Below are positions 57,221 to 64,000 of a stretch of DNA of 64,000 nucleotides, piece after piece (within the stretch, counting starts at the first letter, position 1; the number at the start of each line of letters is the position of its first letter). The notes under the pieces were generated by a model that was not told the origin of the DNA, searched no databases, and saw only the letters and a list, made by a program, of their open reading frames with translations. A program made the translations under genes and the position numbers. The DNA comes from an uncultured Verrucomicrobiae bacterium (GTDB taxonomy: Bacteria > Verrucomicrobiota > Verrucomicrobiia > Limisphaerales > Palsa-1400): NCBI GenBank assembly GCA_963702845.1, contig OY969763.1:5216001-5280000 (forward strand). Reading direction: 5' to 3'.

Positions 57221-60200
57221 TTATGGCCCGAGCAAAGCGCGATAGCCGCGCATCAAGTTAGTTGCCGTCGGGTCAACAATTATGACGTCGGAAGCGCTCG
57301 GATTGGTTATGACAAAAGACGTCCAATTCGTCAGCGTGGTCGAATATTGCAACGTGTAGTTCTGGCCGACTGAACCGTTCAAGTGCAATTGAAACTGCGA
57401 CGGATTAAGTCGGAACGGCTGCGCGAGAAGCGGAAGCGGATTGATGATAATCTGCAGCAGCCGGCTCGTTTGCCCGCCATTGTTATCATTCACTTGAGCA
57501 TGGAAGGCGAATGTTCCTGTGACCGAGGACGTGCCGGAAATGAGACCTGAACTACTCAGCGTCAGATTCGCGGGTAGCGGAGCGGAACCCAATTCTATCG
57601 ACCACGAATAGGGTGGCTGGCCGCCGGTCGCCGCGAGATTGTTGCTGTAGTAGGCGGCCTTGTTTCCGTTTGGCAAACTCGCTGTCACGATTTGGAGAAT
57701 CGGCGTGACAACGGTTATTGAAAGAAGCTGTGAGTTAGTGCTGTTGCTGTTGTCGACAACCTGGACGTGGAAATAATTGGTTCCGCCATTAGCCGTGCAG
57801 GTTCCCGACAATACGCCGTTCGTCCCTAATACAATGCCAGTTGGCGGCAGTGCCGATCCATTTTCGATCGACCACCGATAGGGCGGTGTTCCGCCAGATG
57901 CAGTTACAGAACTATTGTAGGCAGCATTCTGCGTGGCGTTTGGCAAACTGAAGGTCGTGATCTGGAGCGGGCTGGCGGCGGCGTTAATTGTAACCGACAC
58001 GTTGGTCGTCGTCGTATTCAGGTTTTGATCCTGTATCTGCACCGTGAAATTGAAGGTGCCGTTAACAGTTGGCGTGCCGGATAATTCACCATTTCCACCC
58101 AAGCTTAAGCCATTCGGGACGGTGCCGCTTTGGTAAAACCAGTTAAATGGCGTATAGCAACCGCTGCCGTCCAGGAACGCATCGTAAAACACTCCACTGG
58201 TTCCACTGGGCAAATTTGTCGTGTTGATTTGAAGGTTGCAGGGTTGGACGAGGTAATTAATAACCGGATTATTGTTGGCGACATTGACGACCGCGCTGTT
58301 GTTAGTCGGACAACTCAGCGACGAAGAGTTCAGGCCGTTGCAATCAGCATTGACCGTCCAGCTTCCGTTGCAGACCGGCAAAACAATTTTCCCTGTCCCA
58401 TCGGTGTACTGACCGCCGGTATAGTAATTCGTTCCGTTGACCGTGCAACCCGCATCAATGTTGATGCCGCCGACGCCAGTGTGAGAACTCGCGTTGGTGA
58501 TCGAAGCAGTCAGCGTCCCCGTAAGCGGGAGACACACGAGATTGAGATTACTGATGTCGACTCCAGCCGTAACGTTGATTTGCAAAATTGGCCCAATCAG
58601 ACCGCGACTCGCAATTCCAGATGAGCTGGTATCGAGTTGAACGTTATAACTACCACCTGAAACGCCCAATGTATAATTGCCACCGGAATCCGTTTGCGCA
58701 CCGTTGCCGCCTCCACCGTTGGCATTTGCGAAGAGGTTGATGTTGCTGACAGGATTGCCGAGATTGTCGGTGACTTTTCCCGACACCACCGTGCTGCGCT
58801 GCACCGTGAAATTCACCGTTTTATTATTGTTCGCAACCGTGGTCTGTTGATCGTTCGGGCATTGATAAATCGAAGGCAAGCCGTTGTCGCATCCGCCATC
58901 ACAACAATTGACGACCACATCCCAGGTCCCGCTGGCGGCGTTGATGCTATAAAATCCGTTCGCATCCGTAGTCGCTTGCGCGTAGTAATTCGTCCCGTTG
59001 ATCGGCGCGCTCGCGTTGATTTGCACTCCCGAAATCGGATTACTGCTGTTGTCACGGAGAAAGCCGCTGATGGTGTTCGTCGCGAGCAGTCCGGTAAATT
59101 TCTGTTTGATCGCAGTCCCGGCACTCAGCGTTAATCCGCTGCCACCATTGTTGTAAGCATAAGGCGGGACGGAAAAAATGTAGTTGGTGTACTGGGGCGG
59201 GCATGAGCCGAGGTCCACTTCAACATCCCAATTTCCCGCCATCAATGCCATGGAGTAATTGCCGTTAGAATCCGTTGTGGCGTCGCCCTGATAAAGTCCG
59301 CCACCGCCATTGCCATTTTGCGTCGAGAGCCGGACGCCAGCCAAAGGATTGTTGTTATTGTCCACAATTCTTCCAAACACCATCGCCTCGGCATGGGGGT
59401 AACTTATATTGAAGTTTGTGACATTATTTGTGACGACGATTTTAACGTTGTCGTTCGGCCTCAAGTAGCCGGCAAAATCCAAGCTGCTGTTGTCGTTTTG
59501 TATCTTCCATTGATTATCCACAAGGACGGGCACACTGTAATTACCATTCGTATCCGTGGAACTGATACCGATGCCGTTTCCTTCCGCGATGGTCAACATT
59601 CCTGGCAAGGGCAGGCTGCTGTTCGTGGAGTCGGTGACTCTTCCCGAAACGAAATTTGTAGTGAACAGCAGGGACAGGTTTGTGACTACAGAGGTGCCAG
59701 TGGTCACCGTCAAAGGCCCCGCTGGAACGCCCATGAAATTGGTCTTGAAAGCGACCACCTGGTAAGTGCCCGGCGGAACGTTGATGGAGTAACTTCCCGC
59801 GCTATTCGCAACTGCTCCGGTAAAGGGATTGAAATCACCTTGTTGTCCTTGGGAATAGCCGAACAAAATAGCTGCATACGGGACAGCCGTCGAGTTGCTG
59901 ACCACCGTTCCAGAGATGGTTTGGCCGTAATTGGCGTTCGTGACGGTGAAGGCGTTGGTCACCGCGGTAAAATGATTGCTCGGGCTGGAAAACACGTAGA
60001 AAAATTTTCCCACAAACGTATGCGATATTCCCGCCGTGATCATGCTCAACGGAATGGATATAGCGCCTTGCGTAGCATTTGTGTCGAAGGGGATGTTGAT
60101 GTTCGTTTGGCCTCCGATCAGGGTTGGCCCAGCTTGATCTGTGACTTGAAACTGCTGCACAAAAAAATCTGAGCTGTCCACGACACCGTTGGTATTCAGA

Positions 60201-60394
60201 TCCAAATATTTGCGAACGACAATTGTCTCATTGGTGAACAATCCGGTGCCGGCAACGGCGATAAAACCCGTGTAGGTGTTGCTGGTCGTGCTTGGCGTGA
60301 CGGTAAACGCCGGCGCGCTCCAGGCGGAGTTAGCCGCGAACAGAATGCCGAGAACCGAGCAGAGTGATAATAGCAATAGAGCAGTACGCTTCAT
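57221..60394 (-). CDS. Large secreted surface protein with carboxypeptidase-regulatory-like and putative Ig repeats
   Basis: Signal peptide, repeated ISG.V.D...P..G / TDSNGNYS units, three ITT.SLP...GG.PPY.W...P.GL.L...G.LSGT repeats and an N/T-rich composition. Confidence 0.8.
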   Translation of the reverse strand: MKRTALLLLSLCSVLGILFAANSAWSAPAFTVTPSTTSNTYTGFIAVAGTGLFTNETIVVRKYLDLNTNGVVDSSDFFVQQFQVTDQAGPTLIGGQTNINIPFDTNATQGAISIPLSMITAGISHTFVGKFFYVFSSPSNHFTAVTNAFTVTNANYGQTISGTVVSNSTAVPYAAILFGYSQGQQGDFNPFTGAVANSAGSYSINVPPGTYQVVAFKTNFMGVPAGPLTVTTGTSVVTNLSLLFTTNFVSGRVTDSTNSSLPLPGMLTIAEGNGIGISSTDTNGNYSVPVLVDNQWKIQNDNSSLDFAGYLRPNDNVKIVVTNNVTNFNISYPHAEAMVFGRIVDNNNNPLAGVRLSTQNGNGGGGLYQGDATTDSNGNYSMALMAGNWDVEVDLGSCPPQYTNYIFSVPPYAYNNGGSGLTLSAGTAIKQKFTGLLATNTISGFLRDNSSNPISGVQINASAPINGTNYYAQATTDANGFYSINAASGTWDVVVNCCDGGCDNGLPSIYQCPNDQQTTVANNNKTVNFTVQRSTVVSGKVTDNLGNPVSNINLFANANGGGGNGAQTDSGGNYTLGVSGGSYNVQLDTSSSGIASRGLIGPILQINVTAGVDISNLNLVCLPLTGTLTASITNASSHTGVGGINIDAGCTVNGTNYYTGGQYTDGTGKIVLPVCNGSWTVNADCNGLNSSSLSCPTNNSAVVNVANNNPVINYLVQPCNLQINTTNLPSGTSGVFYDAFLDGSGCYTPFNWFYQSGTVPNGLSLGGNGELSGTPTVNGTFNFTVQIQDQNLNTTTTNVSVTINAAASPLQITTFSLPNATQNAAYNSSVTASGGTPPYRWSIENGSALPPTGIVLGTNGVLSGTCTANGGTNYFHVQVVDNSNSTNSQLLSITVVTPILQIVTASLPNGNKAAYYSNNLAATGGQPPYSWSIELGSAPLPANLTLSSSGLISGTSSVTGTFAFHAQVNDNNGGQTSRLLQIIINPLPLLAQPFRLNPSQFQLHLNGSVGQNYTLQYSTTLTNWTSFVITNPSASDVIIVDPTATNLMRGYRALLGP

Positions 60395-60586
60395 AACAAA
60401 CGTTCCTTTGGTTGACACTCGTGGACGTATTGAGTGAAACACCTTGGTTACACCCTGTCGATACCTATATATCTGTTGCCTTGCGCGCGACGAGTGCCGC
60501 GTCCGGCGTGCGCTCTAATCCGCCAAAACTTGTTGAATTTTTTCCGGTAATTGACAGAATGTCCCCGTTATCTCCCAACGCCACTT

Positions 60587-61378
60587 ATGAACGAAAACTC
60601 TCATTCTGCAAAAAAACAGGCCACTGGTTCGACCGGCGGCTCGACCTCTAAAAACACGTTGATCTTAGGCGCACTCGGTGTCGTCGGCCTTGTCATCGCC
60701 ATCGCTGTCTTCAACTCCGGTTCACCACCGCGCAATGGCACAAATGGGAACGCGCCGACAACCGGTGCGCAACCATCCGGGCCGTCCGGTTCAGAACCCG
60801 ACGCGCACAAACCACCGTTGCTCGGGGCCATCCATCCAGACGGCCCGGCAGAGATGACTGGAGCGACACCCAAGAAAATTGTCGATGATGTCGTCACCGT
60901 CGCCAGTTTGACTAATGAAGTTACGGCAGCGGATGCCAAGAAGTTTCATGACGGACTTGACGAACTGGTCCGCAAGGGCTCCGCGTCCGTTCCGGCCATT
61001 CAGGACTACCTGGATAAAAATCTCGATTCCAATTACGGTGACGTCAAAGGGGCCGAGGAGCTTGGTTATTCATCCGTCCGGCACGCACTGCTCGATACCC
61101 TGAAACAAATCGGCGGCCCGGAATCGGAAGGTGCGATGGTGCACGTTTTGCAAACAACGGCTGAGCCAAACGAAGTTGGCGAGCTCGCCAAAGACCTCGA
61201 AGCGCAAGCTCCCGGTCAGTATCGCGACCAAATTCTGCAGGCGGCGCGCGAAGCGCTCGACATGGCTTACAACGGTCAATCGGGCTCTAACGTCGAGCGC
61301 GGTCCACTGTTCCGCGTGTTCCAGAATTACAACGCGTCTTACTCTCCGCCCAACGCTCCACAACAGACAACACAGTAA
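60587..61378 (+). CDS. Membrane-anchored hypothetical protein (HEAT-like helical domain)
   Basis: Single TM, Pro/Gly linker and helical domain ALLDTLKQIGGPES. Confidence 0.65.
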   Translation: MNENSHSAKKQATGSTGGSTSKNTLILGALGVVGLVIAIAVFNSGSPPRNGTNGNAPTTGAQPSGPSGSEPDAHKPPLLGAIHPDGPAEMTGATPKKIVDDVVTVASLTNEVTAADAKKFHDGLDELVRKGSASVPAIQDYLDKNLDSNYGDVKGAEELGYSSVRHALLDTLKQIGGPESEGAMVHVLQTTAEPNEVGELAKDLEAQAPGQYRDQILQAAREALDMAYNGQSGSNVERGPLFRVFQNYNASYSPPNAPQQTTQ

Positions 61379-61492
61379 TCAAACGCGTCCAGAGCGCGTG
61401 ACCTCGCTCACGCGGCAGGTGATACAAACCTGATTGCCGAATTGGGTCACGTCTCAAACCTTAACAGTCGCAACGCGCGTATCGCGAATAAC

Positions 61493-63520
61493 ATGCCCGC
61501 CAGCGCCACAACTCAACGCGCCACTCGCGCCAGTGTGCAACCGGCCACGACGAACGAGCGCGCGAAAATTCGGAAGTATGGCCTGATCGTTTCCGCGCTC
61601 CTGCTCATCGGCGTGGCGCTCGTGTTCGCACAAGTGCGTCATTTCGATTTCGTTGTGATCGACGACGGCGAATACGTCACCGACAATCCGCAAATCAAAT
61701 CCGGCCTGAACTGGGCCACCGTTAAGTGGACGTTCACCCACACCGTCGCGGCCAATTGGCATCCGCTCGCGATGATGTCGCACGCGCTCGATTGCCAGGT
61801 TTTCGGCCAGAACGCCGGCGCGCATCACATCGTTAATGTAGCGTTGCACGCCGCGAATACCGTTCTGCTGTTCTGGCTGTTAGCGACGCTTCTGCGGCCA
61901 ACCAACAGCACTGAACGCCATCCCATCCCGCACGTCTGGATGTGCGGGATTGTGGCGGCATTGTTTGGTCTTCACCCTTTGCGCGTCGAATCGGTCGCGT
62001 GGATTTCGGAACGCAAAGACGTCCTCAGCGTCTTCTTCTTCATGCTGACGCTGCTCGCGTATGTGCGCTATGTGCGATTGCGCGCACCTAAGAACAATGC
62101 GACCCCCGCCTACCTGCTGACTCTCGGTCTATTCTCCCTCGGCCTGCTCGCCAAACCGATGCTGGTGACGCTTCCGTTCGTTCTGTTATTGCTGGATTTC
62201 TGGCCACTCAAAAGAGTGTCGAGCGTCCGAGCGGGTGGCGCGTTGGTTCTGGAAAAAGTTCCGATGTTTCTCGTGAGTGCGGCGGCGAGCGCGACCACGT
62301 TTTTTGCACAAAAAGGTTCAGGGTCCGTGGTGGGCTTGGAGAGTTTCCCATTAAGTGAACGACTGCAGAACGTGACTGTTTCTTACGCGCGTTACCTTGG
62401 CAAAACGTTTTGGCCGCAAAATCTTTGCGCCTACTATCCATACGAAGGCTGGACTGCATTGCAGGTCGCAGGGGCTGCGCTGCTCATGCTGGCATTGTCG
62501 GCGCTCGCGATTTGGTCCGTGCGCAAGCGGCCCTTTGTTTTCGTCGGATGGTTCTGGTTCGTCGGCATGCTTGTCCCGGTGATCGGTTTCGCGCAAGTCG
62601 GCGCGCAATCAATGGCGGATCGATACGCCTACTTGCCTCATGTGGGCCTCTTCATCGTATTGGTGTGGGGCTCGTTTGCAATCGCGCGAAAGCCGGCGTT
62701 AATCGTTTTGAGCATCGCGACAGTTGCCGCTGCGGTCGTTGCCACATCGCAAGTGGCGTATTGGCGCGACTCGGAGGTGTTATTTGATCGCACCTTGCGA
62801 CTCACGGAAAACAACGTCAGCGCGAACTATTTCATGGCGCTCGCTCTGGAGACAAAAGGGAAAAAGGCCGAATCAATACCGTACTTTCAGGAAGCGATTC
62901 GCGGTAATCCGGACAATATCAAAGCGCTTACCCACCTCGGTCGCATTTTCGGTGAACAAGGAAAAATCGATGACGCTCGAAAACAATTCGAGGCCGCCTT
63001 ACGCGTCGATTCCGATCTGCCACTCACCCACATCAATCTCGCCGACATGTTGATCCGGCAAGGCAAGCGCGACGAAGCGATTGAGCATTATATCGCCGCC
63101 ATGCAATCGAAGCCCGACATGCCGGAAGCGCACTTTGAATTGTCCAATCTGCTCTCGGCCAAGCACGACTACGAAGGTGCCATCGCGCAACTGAGGACGG
63201 CTGTCGAACAGAAACCAAATTATCCAGATGCTCTCAACAGTCTGGCTTGGATGCTGGCGACTCAGCCCAATCCCAAGTTACGCAATGGCGCGGAAGCTGT
63301 CCGGTTCGCCGAACAAGCGGTCGCGCTGACGAAGAACAGTGACCCCGGACTGTTGGATACGTTAGCCGCTGCCTATGCCGAAGCCGGCAGATTCCCAGAC
63401 GCGATCAAGACCATTGAATCGGCGGTTCAGATCGCCGCGACGTCGGGACAAACAAAGTTGGTTACTGAATTAAAGGAGCGCCTGCAGCTCTACCAAACGG
63501 CAACAGCGTATCGAGAGTAA
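61493..63520 (+). CDS. TMTC-like GT-C membrane protein with TPR repeats (putative protein O-mannosyltransferase)
   Basis: IDDGEYV.DNP, NWHPL, HPLRVESVAWISERKD, MADRYAYLP and C-terminal TPRs. Confidence 0.88.
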   Translation: MPASATTQRATRASVQPATTNERAKIRKYGLIVSALLLIGVALVFAQVRHFDFVVIDDGEYVTDNPQIKSGLNWATVKWTFTHTVAANWHPLAMMSHALDCQVFGQNAGAHHIVNVALHAANTVLLFWLLATLLRPTNSTERHPIPHVWMCGIVAALFGLHPLRVESVAWISERKDVLSVFFFMLTLLAYVRYVRLRAPKNNATPAYLLTLGLFSLGLLAKPMLVTLPFVLLLLDFWPLKRVSSVRAGGALVLEKVPMFLVSAAASATTFFAQKGSGSVVGLESFPLSERLQNVTVSYARYLGKTFWPQNLCAYYPYEGWTALQVAGAALLMLALSALAIWSVRKRPFVFVGWFWFVGMLVPVIGFAQVGAQSMADRYAYLPHVGLFIVLVWGSFAIARKPALIVLSIATVAAAVVATSQVAYWRDSEVLFDRTLRLTENNVSANYFMALALETKGKKAESIPYFQEAIRGNPDNIKALTHLGRIFGEQGKIDDARKQFEAALRVDSDLPLTHINLADMLIRQGKRDEAIEHYIAAMQSKPDMPEAHFELSNLLSAKHDYEGAIAQLRTAVEQKPNYPDALNSLAWMLATQPNPKLRNGAEAVRFAEQAVALTKNSDPGLLDTLAAAYAEAGRFPDAIKTIESAVQIAATSGQTKLVTELKERLQLYQTATAYRE

Positions 63521-63525
63521 CGGCG

Positions 63526-64000
63526 TTACTTTAGTCCCATCGCTTGTATCCACCCCTCGCTTTGAGCGACGATCTGATCCAACCCATGCTTACGCGCGAC
63601 GTCCTGCGCTTTTTGTTCCATCGCCAACGCCCGTGCTTTATCTCCGCGCGATAAATAAATCTGGGCCAGGCCGTGATACGCTTTGAGGTGATAGCGTTCT
63701 ACCGGCAGTTTCACGGTTTCGTTAAATTGCACCATCGCCTCGTCAGCCGCGCCCGCTTTCAATAACGTCTCGCCGAAAAAATAGTGGGCATCGTCGGATT
63801 GTGGGTTCAACCTAAGCGTCTCACGAAATTCGGTCATGGCCGGTTCGATTTGACCGGCGGTTAACAATTCGTCGGCCAGATTTCCGTGCAGGATCCATGA
63901 CGTCGGGTTTTTTTCGACGGCGGCACCATAGAGCGTGACTGCATCGCGATAGGTGGCCGCTTGTTGTGCGGCTTTCAGCGAGAGCGCTGCGATAATGAGT
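63526..64000 (-). CDS. C-terminal part of a TPR protein (begins beyond the window)
   Basis: TPR repeats. The frame extends upstream with ..TYRDAVTLY..., resembling a second TMTC-like protein. Confidence 0.7.
   Translation of the reverse strand, partial: LIIAALSLKAAQQAATYRDAVTLYGAAVEKNPTSWILHGNLADELLTAGQIEPAMTEFRETLRLNPQSDDAHYFFGETLLKAGAADEAMVQFNETVKLPVERYHLKAYHGLAQIYLSRGDKARALAMEQKAQDVARKHGLDQIVAQSEGWIQAMGLK

Overview
This is a GC-rich bacterial chromosome segment whose gene content (PEP-CTERM, PSCyt/DUF1549-DUF1553 plus DUF1501, TMTC-like TPR proteins, abundant palindromic REP-like repeats) suggests Verrucomicrobiota or another PVC lineage; that assignment is an inference. The main signal is a set of phage-derived genes scattered over about 7.3-35.4 kb in five modules, interleaved with host genes (PEP-CTERM, RND pump, rmuC, Rid protein, two-component genes, gcvH). 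The modules are: (1) a divergent XRE repressor / HTH gene pair; (2) a DnaB-N + AAA_25 helicase with an iteron-like repeat; (3) HK97 prohead protease + major capsid; (4) head-tail connector + portal + Mu gp28-like TerL; (5) a Mu-like holin / spanin / gp27-like operon. Modules 2-5 are each preceded by the same ~55-bp element (three 9-bp-periodic TTTCCCT repeats directly before a TTGACG-type -35 box), which also carries a divergent sigma54-like site. No integrase, tail or endolysin is visible in the window. The picture fits a domesticated, co-regulated gene-transfer-agent-like system better than an intact prophage, though a decaying prophage is not excluded. The rest of the window holds tRNA-Leu(UAA), rapA, peptidases, a symporter, large secreted proteins and a candidate sigma54-driven hairpin sRNA. 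Several genes carry single-base indels that may be assembly errors. All family assignments are by eye from motifs; no database searches were run.
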